IMG/VR virus record: IMGVR_UViG_2634166464_000002
Location: 1-64,000 of that record
Reading direction: 5' to 3' (one strand)
DNA length: 64,000 nucleotides
Source of the DNA: a virus
Taxonomy: Duplodnaviria; Caudoviricetes
Shown here: piece by piece, positions 25,528-34,325 of the stretch
Numbering within the stretch: the first letter of the stretch is position 1
Layout: every line of letters starts with the position of its first letter
Program-made: the position numbers and the translations under genes
The notes under the pieces: generated by a model
Database searches by the model: none
The model's input: only the letters and a program-made list of their open reading frames with translations
What the model was told of the DNA's origin: nothing

Positions 25528-25746
25528 ATGATGGTGCCGCAAAGGACAATCACGGACATCGATCTGCTGTTCGACGTCCCGATGTATGATGCCCTTAAGC
25601 TACTGGCGAAGGATGCCACGGATCCGGAGGTCAAGGCCGCCGCGAAGCTGCTCCGCGCGAAGCTCGTGCCGAATGACTCCAGCGCCTCCAGCGTTCTCGC
25701 CGCGATAAGGCCGAGGGTCCACTTCAGCACGCAGATCTCATACTGA
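25528..25746 (+). CDS. Hypothetical protein
   Basis: GGAGGAG RBS. Confidence 0.55.
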   Translation: MMVPQRTITDIDLLFDVPMYDALKLLAKDATDPEVKAAAKLLRAKLVPNDSSASSVLAAIRPRVHFSTQISY

Positions 25747-25750
25747 GGGG

Positions 25751-25777
25751 AGGGGGCTTCGGGCCCCCTTTTCCTTT
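25751..25777 (+). terminator. Intrinsic terminator of par operon
   Basis: AGGGGGC-TTCGG-GCCCCCT hairpin then TTTT. Confidence 0.65.
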
Positions 25778-25804
25778 GGGGCGGTCTGTGCGAACCGGCT
25801 CCCC

Positions 25805-26125
25805 ATGACCAGAACCGCAGACCTCGACGAACTCGTCTACATGACCTGGCTCCTGGCCGAGGGGCACACGGACGTCAGACCTCTTCCGGACGGCAGGCGA
25901 TGGGCCGGGATCCGGCCGCTCATGTTCACCCACGCCATCTTCGTCGGGCAGATCGGCGACAAGGTGGGCTACGACGACCGGTGGTGCTATCATAGCTACC
26001 AGGACGCCAAGCAGGCGCTGGAGGCCTGGACCGGTGAGGGGGAGCCCTCAGGCTGGCACAGGAATCCCCGCAGCGGCCGGCGCCGGCCAGACGGTGATCC
26101 GGCGCAGGAATACGTCGACTGGTGA
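25805..26125 (+). CDS. Conserved hypothetical phage protein
   Basis: 'GYDDRWCY...A..AL.AW.G.GEP.GWHR...GRRRPDGD'. Confidence 0.7.
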   Translation: MTRTADLDELVYMTWLLAEGHTDVRPLPDGRRWAGIRPLMFTHAIFVGQIGDKVGYDDRWCYHSYQDAKQALEAWTGEGEPSGWHRNPRSGRRRPDGDPAQEYVDW

Positions 26126-26129
26126 CGTC

Positions 26130-26564
26130 ATGGACGACGCGAAATACGACGAGATCCACTCGCTGCTCAGGCAGATCCTCGAGGATCTGAACGCGCACAA
26201 TGCGCGGATGCGGGAGTGCTCGCGCATCTGGGCCGAGAAGGACCGCCTCCGCGAGGAGCACGCGCGCCTGAGCCCCGAGGAGCAGCGGAAGCGCTGGCCG
26301 AGCCTCCACGCACAGCTCACCGCGCTCAACGCGAAGATGTCTGCTGTGCTCGACGCGAAGCCGCCGCAGCGCGAGGAGCCCGCACAGCAGGGCAGGGGGC
26401 TCGACCAGGCCGTCGCCGCGGCCATGGCGGAACTCTCCAGGCAGAGCCGCGAGGGGCCGAGGAATTTCTACGTCTACGGCGCCGAGGATCCGGGGCGCTT
26501 CGGTGTCGACGGCGAGCTCGACGTCGTCGCCCTGGTGCGCGCGATCCTGCCCAGTTCCCCTTAG
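26130..26564 (+). CDS. Hypothetical protein
   Basis: Helical ORF with normal codon usage. Confidence 0.6.
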   Translation: MDDAKYDEIHSLLRQILEDLNAHNARMRECSRIWAEKDRLREEHARLSPEEQRKRWPSLHAQLTALNAKMSAVLDAKPPQREEPAQQGRGLDQAVAAAMAELSRQSREGPRNFYVYGAEDPGRFGVDGELDVVALVRAILPSSP

Positions 26565-26774
26565 TTTGGGCCAGTTTCTCCACATGACCGTGGGGCATCA
26601 GCCGATTGGCCGATCTCCCCTCTTGTCCTCGGGGTTTAACCCGGGATAATACATTACCCAATATCGCCGCAATTCGCAGCCGGCCAATGAGCTGCCGCAT
26701 AGACTGCTTATGTCTAGACGAGGCGATGAATATGGGTCGGAAGAATTTCGATCAGGTATAGTGGAGGATGAAGA

Positions 26775-28007
26775 GTGGGAAGATTTGCACGTCCTTTTGA
26801 GATCGAAGTCACCCGTCAGGGTAATATAGCCTGCCAGTACAGGGTTAAACTACAGTGTTGTAGGTGCCCAAGGCACGAGACTTTCCGGTCGCGGAACCAT
26901 CCTGCTGATGACTGGGTGCTCAAGAGGTTCAAAGAGTGGGGATGGGTGGTCGCCAAATCCCCACGGGATCACATCTGCCCCACCTGCGCGGGTACCGACC
27001 AGACCGAGAACCGCCTGGCCGACCACTTCAAAGTCGTGACAGGGGAGGGGAGGGTGCCCTCGCGCGGCGAGCTCGCCGACCAGGTCGCCAAAGAGCGCCG
27101 CATCCTGGATGAACAGACCGCTATTCTCCTCGAGCGCCACAACCTTGGGACATCCCAGACAGTGAAGAAGTCCAAGATCCCTGACGGCCCGATCCTCGTG
27201 AATGGCTCCGTCGAGGTAAAACATCCCGCCCACATCCACGAGGCGCTATCGACCATAGCTTCCGAGACGGCAAACAACCGAGCCGCAGTGGAACTGATGA
27301 TCGACCAATTCACGAAGTGCCAACAGCTTCTGAATCAGCAAATCACCGCGCTTGGGAATATGACTGCGATGCTGGCGCGCGTCGGTGATGGGATCCACAA
27401 CGGATTGCGCGAACTAAGCCAGAACCTCAATGAGAACACGAGGCAGGTCGAGGCAACGAACCAGCACCTGCTCGAGAACACCGAAGTCATCCGCCAGGTT
27501 CACGCGAAGCTTTCTATCCGGGACGGCTCCGTCCCCGCGACTGTCGAGCCGGTGTCAGAGCCGATCGTCGCTGAGCCGGTCTCCAGCGAGACTGCCCCTG
27601 AGAGCACCCTGCCCGCTGACCTGCTCTCGATGCTCATGCCGGAACAGGCGCAACAGCCCGAGCCCGAACCTGAGCCCGTCGCGACTATTCCCGCCGACCT
27701 GCCGGCCGAGCCGCCCTCCTCCTTGCCAATACCTCTGTCGGCCCAGATCCGTGCTGCCCGCCAGGCGAAGCGGATGACGCAGCAGCAGATCGCTGACAAA
27801 CTCGGTGTCTCAGGCTCTGCCGTCACCCAGTGGGAGAGTGGCACGCATGCCCCGAGGGCCGAGACGCTGCCGGCCCTCTGCAAGCTGTTGGGGATCAAGC
27901 TGTCGGCTGCACCCCGCCCGTCTACAGCTCAGAAGAAGAGCGTCGTTGAGCTCAAGAAGCGCGCAGCTCCGGCGAGCAGGTCTCGGGCGAAGAAGCTCGC
28001 GGCCTGA
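26775..28007 (+). CDS. Multidomain regulator: N-terminal Zn finger, coiled coil, C-terminal XRE HTH
   Basis: 'CCRC...HICPTC'; 'IRAARQAKRMTQQQIADKLGVSGSAVTQWESG..P'. Confidence 0.75.
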   Translation: MGRFARPFEIEVTRQGNIACQYRVKLQCCRCPRHETFRSRNHPADDWVLKRFKEWGWVVAKSPRDHICPTCAGTDQTENRLADHFKVVTGEGRVPSRGELADQVAKERRILDEQTAILLERHNLGTSQTVKKSKIPDGPILVNGSVEVKHPAHIHEALSTIASETANNRAAVELMIDQFTKCQQLLNQQITALGNMTAMLARVGDGIHNGLRELSQNLNENTRQVEATNQHLLENTEVIRQVHAKLSIRDGSVPATVEPVSEPIVAEPVSSETAPESTLPADLLSMLMPEQAQQPEPEPEPVATIPADLPAEPPSSLPIPLSAQIRAARQAKRMTQQQIADKLGVSGSAVTQWESGTHAPRAETLPALCKLLGIKLSAAPRPSTAQKKSVVELKKRAAPASRSRAKKLAA

Positions 28008-28025
28008 CCACGATCGGATGAGACG

Positions 28026-28370
28026 ATGGGTGAAGCCAAGCGCAAGCGGGAGAAGATGACCCCTTACGAGATCGAGATGCAGAAGCTCCAGCGCGACCTG
28101 GCCGACAAGGGGCGCGTGATCGAGGCCGGCTGGGTGGCCCTACGGGCACTCGCAATTCCTCAAGAGGCCTCGGAGCAGCAGGTTCAGGATATGCGCGCCG
28201 CCTACATGTCGGGAGCGCAGCACCTGTTCGCGTCGATCATGGGGATTTTGGATCCCGGCGAGGAGCCTACCGACGCCGATCTCCGCCGCATGGACCTGAT
28301 CGACAAGGAGTTGCGGGACTTCGCGCGCGAGTGGGAGCTCAGGTTCCACAAGGCGAAAGGAAGCGCGTGA
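28026..28370 (+). CDS. Hypothetical phage protein
   Basis: 'MGEAKRKR' start; 'QVQDMRAAYMSGAQHLFASI'. Confidence 0.7.
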   Translation: MGEAKRKREKMTPYEIEMQKLQRDLADKGRVIEAGWVALRALAIPQEASEQQVQDMRAAYMSGAQHLFASIMGILDPGEEPTDADLRRMDLIDKELRDFAREWELRFHKAKGSA

Positions 28371-28585
28371 TGACCCGGGCAGAGCATCTCGACTGGTGCA
28401 AGGCGAGGGCGCGGGAGTACCTCGAGACCGGCGACCTCGCCCAGGCCGTCGCGTCGATGACCTCGGACATGCGCAAGCACCCGGAGACCGAGCGGAGCAT
28501 GGACCCGCTGATCGCGATGCTCGGGATGCAAGAGACGCTGAAGGGCAGGGATGCCGTGAGGCGCTGGATCGAGGGGTTCCAGTGA
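28370..28585 (+). CDS. Hypothetical phage protein
   Basis: 'EHLDWCKARA.EYL..GD...AVASM.SD..KHPET...WIEGF'. Confidence 0.7.
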   Translation: MTRAEHLDWCKARAREYLETGDLAQAVASMTSDMRKHPETERSMDPLIAMLGMQETLKGRDAVRRWIEGFQ

Positions 28586-28595
28586 GGAGCGCGAT

Positions 28596-28859
28596 ATGAC
28601 CGATTACGGCAAGGTCGAGGTGCATGTGCCGTCCCTCGACGAGAAGCGGATCTCGCTCATGGAGCGGGACCACTACTTCGGCATGCGAGACATGGCCGCG
28701 CAGGGAATCAGCAAGTTCGGCCTGGAGGTCGGTGGCGGGATTGCGCTGTCGGGCGTGGCGCGCGAGCTGCGCCGCCATCTCACGCTGGAACAAGTGCAAG
28801 AGGTGTTCCGCCAGTTCGCCGAGACGATGCCGCAGGCGGCTGCAGGAGACGAGCCGTGA
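28596..28859 (+). CDS. Hypothetical protein
   Basis: GAGGAG RBS. Confidence 0.6.
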   Translation: MTDYGKVEVHVPSLDEKRISLMERDHYFGMRDMAAQGISKFGLEVGGGIALSGVARELRRHLTLEQVQEVFRQFAETMPQAAAGDEP

Positions 28860-29047
28860 AGGATGGTGACGCCGTCGAGGTCTCGGAATCTGACGCTCTG
28901 AAGGAGCGGGTAGCGTTCCTCGAGCAAGCGCTTGAAGACATCGAGCACCTGGCCGAGCGCGCCTGGAGCACCACCGCAAACGACAGAGCGTTGAAATCGA
29001 TCGCGCAGATGGCGCGAGACGCGCGGAGCCCTCATGAAGACCGGTGA
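28856..29047 (+). CDS. Hypothetical protein
   Basis: Coupled small coiled-coil ORF. Confidence 0.5.
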   Translation: MKDGDAVEVSESDALKERVAFLEQALEDIEHLAERAWSTTANDRALKSIAQMARDARSPHEDR

Positions 29048-29255
29048 CCGCGTGACACTGATCGCCGACGAGCGCGAGGTCGAGGCCACGGTCATCCTTG
29101 CGAGTCAGAACGGCCGGAGCCTCATGCTCTCGTTCGAAGCGATCATCTTCGGCGCCGTCGGCATGATGCCGGTGCTGAAGGAAGACGACGGCTCGTGGGT
29201 CGCGGTCATGGCTGGACAGCCGGTTGAGATCAGGCCTATGGTTAATCCGCGCTAA
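29034..29255 (+). CDS. Hypothetical protein
   Basis: Coupled ORF. Confidence 0.6.
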   Translation: MKTGDRVTLIADEREVEATVILASQNGRSLMLSFEAIIFGAVGMMPVLKEDDGSWVAVMAGQPVEIRPMVNPR

Positions 29256-29325
29256 GTGTATGGTTAATAAGCGCTTTCAGGTTCCATAATGTTTGTTCTG
29301 CGAATCCGCGCTGGAGGTGTTTACC

Positions 29326-29544
29326 ATGAGCGACAACCGGGATTTGCTCACCGAGATCCGTGATGGTGTCCACAGCATGGACCGCCGGCAGGCTGCGCAG
29401 ATGGAGACGCTGACCGGACTCGTGCGCGACATCCATTCGCTGCTGACTCAGACCGCAGAGACGCTGACCGACCACAACCGGCGGCTCGCGAACCTTGAAG
29501 CGCGCATGGACCGCCTGGAGAGCGCGCGACGGAGCGGAACCTGA
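29326..29544 (+). CDS. Small coiled-coil protein with its own AT-rich promoter (moron-like)
   Basis: GGAGGT RBS; AT-rich upstream region with TATGGTTAAT twice. Confidence 0.65.
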   Translation: MSDNRDLLTEIRDGVHSMDRRQAAQMETLTGLVRDIHSLLTQTAETLTDHNRRLANLEARMDRLESARRSGT

Positions 29545-29547
29545 CAC

Positions 29548-29584
29548 AAAAGGAGCCCGAGGCCTCCGACACGACCTCGGGCTC
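29548..29584 (-). terminator. Terminator at end of late operon
   Basis: GAGCCCGAGG...CCTCGGGCTC stem with AAAA on the plus-strand 5' side. Confidence 0.6.
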
Positions 29585-29633
29585 AGAGAAGGAAGGATGA
29601 GGCAAGCAGCGGCTGGTTTGCTCACCTCGCGAG

Positions 29634-30026
29634 CTACATAGTACGGTTCCTGTCCTGCGACCAGCCTGATCTACCGCGCCCGACAATGGCAGCGATCTCG
29701 TCGATGCTGCGCCGCATGCGCGTGAGTTCCTCGCAGGCGATATTCCATTTCTCCAGACTCGCGGCCTGAACGCGCGCTCCGTCGAAATGCGCCTCCGCCA
29801 GACGGTCGACCGATGCGGTCAGGCGCTGCACCTCCGTGACATACATGTCGACCGATGTCTTGGTCGCAATCGCTCCGGCGACGCCCTGCAACTGCCCTGC
29901 CCTCGCGGCCTCGGCCATCTGCTTCGCGCGATCCATCTCGGCCCTCCTATACATGAAGAACGCTGCGATGGCGGGCAACAAGACGCCCAGAAGCGGCGCG
30001 ATGTCTTTGAGGATCTGCAGGATCAT
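29634..30026 (-). CDS. Lysis-cassette membrane protein (single TM plus coiled coil)
   Basis: 'IAPLLGVLLPAIAAFFMY' then helical domain. Confidence 0.6.
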   Translation of the reverse strand: MILQILKDIAPLLGVLLPAIAAFFMYRRAEMDRAKQMAEAARAGQLQGVAGAIATKTSVDMYVTEVQRLTASVDRLAEAHFDGARVQAASLEKWNIACEELTRMRRSIDEIAAIVGRGRSGWSQDRNRTM

Positions 30027-30475
30027 TCGCGCGCTCTCAACCAAGCCTTCTCACGCCAGCGGAAAGAGTCTTGGGCGAACAAGTCGGTCCCTCCCCTCAA
30101 ACCGGCGAAGATTTCGAACACGAAAGCGGTCGCAGCGACCGCGAGCAGCAGCGGCGGGCCGAGACCATCCGGATGTGTGCGCTCGATGAGCACTTCGATC
30201 ACGATCGCGAAGACGAGCGACAGCCAGTAGCCGCTGCCGATGCAGCATCCCACGAGACGCCAGATCGGCGCGTTGCGGTTCTGTTCACTCCGAAGGATCG
30301 CCCACCAGCGCACCAGGCCGATGATGAGAAGCGCGAACCCGCCCCACGGCTCGTTGATCCAGCGCTTCATGACTGCGTAGTGCGGCAGGAGAAACGTGTC
30401 CCCGGGCCACATCAGGGTGATGCCGCACGTCACCATGAGCGTCGCGAGCATCATCTCGAGGGCATGGGTTTTCAT
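30023..30475 (-). CDS. Lysis-cassette four-TM membrane protein
   Basis: Four hydrophobic segments; ATGA-coupled. Confidence 0.65.
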   Translation of the reverse strand: MKTHALEMMLATLMVTCGITLMWPGDTFLLPHYAVMKRWINEPWGGFALLIIGLVRWWAILRSEQNRNAPIWRLVGCCIGSGYWLSLVFAIVIEVLIERTHPDGLGPPLLLAVAATAFVFEIFAGLRGGTDLFAQDSFRWREKAWLRARE

Positions 30476-30945
30476 GACCGCACGGGCTCCGCAGCAGCCG
30501 ATGGCGGAGGCGCGTTGGTAGCGGCGAGCACGCCGATCTTCGCCTCGAGCTTCTCGCGGATCGATTCCGGCGTGAGATCGAAATGCTTGAGCGCATCGGG
30601 CGCGGCTTTGAGCACATACTCGACGGCTTCCGCCAGGAGCACCGAGCGCACATCGAGGCGCAGGCCCGTCGCGGCTGTTCCGGCCCGTGCCACGATCAGG
30701 CCGGCGGCATTCGTCAGCGAGGTCTGCAGCGCCTCTCGGTGCTTGGCTTCGATCTCCAGGCCGAATTTGCAACGGAGGAGATTCCACAACCAGGTGAGAG
30801 CAATCGCGATGAGGACTGTGATCATCTCGGTGAGGAGCGGCTGCAGTGCACCGAAGATACTTCCGACGTCGACTGTGGTGTCCTGAGCGAAAGCGGCAGT
30901 CGGCGCCAGCAGGATCGCCGCGCCGTGCGTGAGACCTTGGAGCAT
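30472..30945 (-). CDS. Holin-like membrane protein
   Basis: TM segment then 'IEAKHREALQTSLTNAAG...AVEYVLK..PDALKHF'; follows endolysin. Confidence 0.6.
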   Translation of the reverse strand: MLQGLTHGAAILLAPTAAFAQDTTVDVGSIFGALQPLLTEMITVLIAIALTWLWNLLRCKFGLEIEAKHREALQTSLTNAAGLIVARAGTAATGLRLDVRSVLLAEAVEYVLKAAPDALKHFDLTPESIREKLEAKIGVLAATNAPPPSAAAEPVRS

Positions 30946-30964
30946 GTCGTGGCCTTTCATGCGG

Positions 30965-31666
30965 TCAGGAGGAGGGGGTGGATCCGCCGGGGATGAGCGC
31001 GCGGAGATCCTCGGGCTTGGCACCGAGGGCGAGGGCGAGGGCGACGACTGACGAGACGGCGTCGGTCGCGAGCGCAGTGATCGTGGTGTCGGACTCGACC
31101 ACGGGCGCGGGTACGGGCAGGCCGAGGCAGGCGCGTAGGTCGCTCCCGATGTCGAGCCGCTTCGCGCTTCCCCAATCGATGGCGCCGGTCGACTTGACCT
31201 TCGTGTATTCGAGGATAGTGCCGTCGTGGCTCCACAGGCCGTCGAAGAACAGGCGGCATTCCTTCTCGCGGCGCTCGACGATGGACGCAGGCTTGTTCCA
31301 TGTCAGGAAGGATTTGCGCGCAGCCTCATGGTCGCCGGCCCTCACTTGCTTGACCCACGTCGCCCTTTTGATCCCGCCCGTGTTGAAGTGAAATGAAACC
31401 GCCGCAGCGAACTGGGCTTGGGTGAGGGTGTGCCCCTCGAATGCCTGTCGCACGTCCTCTGCGTAACGCTCCAGCGCCCAGACGTAGATCCGCAGGCAAT
31501 GGTCGAGCGGCTGTGGGCTGTTGATGTATCGCTCGACGCGGTGACCGCTCGCAGAGGTGATCCCGATTGACCAGGTCCAGACATCGCCGGGATTCTTGTA
31601 GGCTTGGCGACACAGAGCTTCGTGCGAGGCGAGTTCCATCGCCACGTCGTAATCGACCTGATTCAT
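30965..31666 (-). CDS. Endolysin, T4/GH24-type lysozyme
   Basis: 'HEALCRQAYKNPGDVWTWSIGIT', 'QAQFAAAVSFHFNTG', 'RREKECRLF'. Confidence 0.85.
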   Translation of the reverse strand: MNQVDYDVAMELASHEALCRQAYKNPGDVWTWSIGITSASGHRVERYINSPQPLDHCLRIYVWALERYAEDVRQAFEGHTLTQAQFAAAVSFHFNTGGIKRATWVKQVRAGDHEAARKSFLTWNKPASIVERREKECRLFFDGLWSHDGTILEYTKVKSTGAIDWGSAKRLDIGSDLRACLGLPVPAPVVESDTTITALATDAVSSVVALALALGAKPEDLRALIPGGSTPSS

Positions 31667-31672
31667 GAGCCC

Positions 31673-32944
31673 CTACCCTACTCTCATCCGGTATGCGCCC
31701 CCTGACCTGTAGAGCCCGCCGAGCGGAACTCCGCCGCTCGCTGCCTCGAGATCGTCGGCGTAGCTCTCGTGCAGGTAGATCGGACCCGACGCGGACCTGC
31801 CGATCGTATTGATTCCGATCGCAGCGCAGCTCCGAGCCGGGGAGCCGACGAACGACCGCACATAGCGCCACATCACCCCGCCATCCGAGGCGCTCGCGAC
31901 CATGTGCGTCGGTGGCGCGAAGCCCGTCACACCAGCCCGGGTCGAGACGTAGATGTGCAGGCCTGCGAGCCGGTAGATGCCGTTCGATGCAATCCACTCG
32001 CCCGGTGTCCACGGCAGGTAGGCGACGCCGGCCGTGCGGATCGCGTTGAACTGTGTCGCGATCTCCTGATCGTCGTCGAGGACATTGCCGGTGACGGTGT
32101 TGTGCTGTCCCGTCCCGCCGAAGTTGGCCGAGATCCCGATCCCGGCCCATTTGCCGCCCTCCCGGCCATTGCCGATGCAGGCGTTGCCCGCGGCGACGTT
32201 GTGGGATCCCCAGAGCCAGAGCCCCGCGCGCATGTTCCGGTAGCAGACATTGTCTCCGACCGTGTTGCGGTAGCCCGTGACCGAGATCCCGTTGTCGCCC
32301 GTGTTCTCCGCGTGGTTGCCGAGGATGCGGTTGAGGTAAGCGTCGTGCGTGACGCCCACCAACTCGATAGCGTTGGCGAGCGTGGTGTTGGCCTCGACGA
32401 GGTTGCGGTTAGCGCCCTCCCCCAGCCGCACGCCGAACCCGGAGTAGCGCATGATCAGATTGCGGGTGATCTCGTTGTTCGCTGCTCCGGAGATCCCGAT
32501 CGCCGTCGACTCGCCGTCGAGCATCTCGTTGGCGTCGACCTGGTTGAAGCGCGTCTCGGCGCCGGTCAGCAGGATCGAGCCCGCTGGGGCTCCGGGGCAG
32601 CCGAGGAATCGGCTCTGCCTGATCGAGCAGCGCCGCGCGCCATTGCGGAGCGTGATGATGCTCTCGCTCGGCGAGAGCCCGATGTCGCCCTCGATCGCGA
32701 GGCCGACGATATGCGCGTCCTCGCACCCGTCGAAATCGAACGCGGTGCCTGTCGTGAGGCAGTCCATCAGGATGCGCGGGCGACCGTTCCCGGCGCGGAT
32801 GGTGAAGCCGCTCGGCATCTTGAAGGTGCCGTGCATCCGGTAGGGGCGCTCGCCCTCGTCGAGAACGACCGTCCTGAAACCGGATGCGATGGTATAGTCG
32901 AGAGCGGACTTCAGATCCTCTTGCCACCGCGGATCGAAGGCCAT
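31673..32944 (-). CDS. Right-handed beta-helix (pectin lyase-like) depolymerase/tailspike
   Basis: Repeating 'N.I..N' / 'GI...G..N.V..N' beta-helix pattern; C-terminal 'YADD..A..GGVPLGGLYR' motif. Confidence 0.75.
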   Translation of the reverse strand: MAFDPRWQEDLKSALDYTIASGFRTVVLDEGERPYRMHGTFKMPSGFTIRAGNGRPRILMDCLTTGTAFDFDGCEDAHIVGLAIEGDIGLSPSESIITLRNGARRCSIRQSRFLGCPGAPAGSILLTGAETRFNQVDANEMLDGESTAIGISGAANNEITRNLIMRYSGFGVRLGEGANRNLVEANTTLANAIELVGVTHDAYLNRILGNHAENTGDNGISVTGYRNTVGDNVCYRNMRAGLWLWGSHNVAAGNACIGNGREGGKWAGIGISANFGGTGQHNTVTGNVLDDDQEIATQFNAIRTAGVAYLPWTPGEWIASNGIYRLAGLHIYVSTRAGVTGFAPPTHMVASASDGGVMWRYVRSFVGSPARSCAAIGINTIGRSASGPIYLHESYADDLEAASGGVPLGGLYRSGGAYRMRVG

Positions 32945-32963
32945 GCTCGCGCGTCAGAGCCGG

Positions 32964-33293
32964 TCAGGCTGCAACGCCTGCTGCGAATGCGTTCGCCCGC
33001 GCGTCCCAGATCGTGCTCAACACGAACTCGATATCGGCGTCGGGGATCGCGCTCTCGCCGACCTCCTCGAGCCCGCCTGCGATCACGTTGTTCGCCGCCG
33101 CGATGTGCAGGGCCAGCAACAGGGCTTTGTCCTCACCGCGCAGCACGCGGTTTGCGTAGGCGAGCCTGTTTGCGTGGTTGGGCGTTGAGGGATCCTCCGA
33201 TGCCACGTTCTGCGCCGTCTTGAGCGCGAGGAAGCTCACGCGCGTATAGAACGTCGGCTGAGATGCCGCTGCGATGATGTCACGGGTTGCCAT
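32964..33293 (-). CDS. Tail-associated hypothetical protein
   Basis: 'F..RV...LK.A..VASEDPSTPNHANRLAYA'; GAGAGG RBS. Confidence 0.65.
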   Translation of the reverse strand: MATRDIIAAASQPTFYTRVSFLALKTAQNVASEDPSTPNHANRLAYANRVLRGEDKALLLALHIAAANNVIAGGLEEVGESAIPDADIEFVLSTIWDARANAFAAGVAA

Positions 33294-33585
33294 AGTAGAC
33301 CTCTCCGAGAGTTGGCCCGCCAACCAGATCGGGCGGGGCTTGGGTGATGCGCTCGTCCAGCGATAGCTCGCGCGGCTCGACGAGCGCGGCGATGGCTTCG
33401 GGATTGCTGCCCGTGATCGGGCGCGGCGGTTTCATATGCTCGACGAAGGCGTCGAGCCGCTCGCCCGTGTAGTATTCGCCGGTCTCCAGATCGACCGGGA
33501 CGAAGAATGCATTCCAGCGCCCGTCGTCGTAGTCGACCTCGATGCGGCCCGTGTCGGGATGAAAAGACGTAATCTTGTAGGCCAT
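33280..33585 (-). CDS. Putative tail fibre assembly/adapter protein
   Basis: Small ORF after Gly-rich gene; C-terminal 'APPDLVGGPTLGEV'. Confidence 0.55.
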   Translation of the reverse strand: MAYKITSFHPDTGRIEVDYDDGRWNAFFVPVDLETGEYYTGERLDAFVEHMKPPRPITGSNPEAIAALVEPRELSLDERITQAPPDLVGGPTLGEVYYGNP

Positions 33586-33587
33586 GC

Positions 33588-34325
33588 TCAGACTCCCCAC
33601 TCGATCAGGACGCGCCCATTCGCGCCGTTGCCCCCTGCGGAGCCGTTGTAGTAAGCGCCCGCGCCGCCGCCCCCGATGGTGATGCCAATTGTGCGGCCGT
33701 ATCCCGGCCCGAAATAGGAGTGCCCGAAACCGCCGCCGCCGCCGCCATTTCCAGAGCCCATGCCCGCGCCGCCGCCACCCGGCCAGCCACCCCCATGCCC
33801 CTGTCCGACACCGCCGCCGCCGCCATAAGGGGAGCCGCCGCCGCCGTATGCCTGACCATTCCAGTTGCCGCCGTAGCCGCCACTGAGATTTTCGGTGTTG
33901 CCGGAATAGCCGTAGCCGCCATGACCACCATTGACCCCCGCGCCGCCAACGCCGCCGGTTGCTCCGACATAGCCATGAATGACGGACCCGCCGCCATCAC
34001 CGCCGCCAAAGCCACCCCAACCGCCGCCGCCGCCCCCGCCCCAGACGCGCAATCTCAACCATGCGTGGCTCGGCACCCAGATTTCATAATAGCCGGGTCC
34101 GCCGTGATCCCATGCGCCGCCATAGGAACGGTAGGCCCCATAGAACCCGCTCATCCAGATCGGCCCGTGGTTTGGATCGATCTGGATGTTGTTGTTCTCG
34201 GGGTTGTTGCCGATGATCCCGTGGCCCTTGTAGTAGCTGTAGAGATCGTAGACGGCCTGACCGGGACGGAACTCGTCTCGGATCTCTGTGATCCAGAGTG
34301 TCGAACCCCAGCCTTTAATCGGCAT
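33588..34325 (-). CDS. Glycine-rich tail fibre tip protein
   Basis: 'VWGGGGGGG...GGGGGF...ITIGGGG...GGNGANGRVLIEW' glycine-rich domain. Confidence 0.75.
   Translation of the reverse strand: MPIKGWGSTLWITEIRDEFRPGQAVYDLYSYYKGHGIIGNNPENNNIQIDPNHGPIWMSGFYGAYRSYGGAWDHGGPGYYEIWVPSHAWLRLRVWGGGGGGGWGGFGGGDGGGSVIHGYVGATGGVGGAGVNGGHGGYGYSGNTENLSGGYGGNWNGQAYGGGGSPYGGGGGVGQGHGGGWPGGGGAGMGSGNGGGGGGFGHSYFGPGYGRTIGITIGGGGAGAYYNGSAGGNGANGRVLIEWGV

Noticed and set aside
29281-29298. Alphaproteobacterial LexA box
   Set aside because: GTTC half-sites are 10 nt apart rather than the required 7
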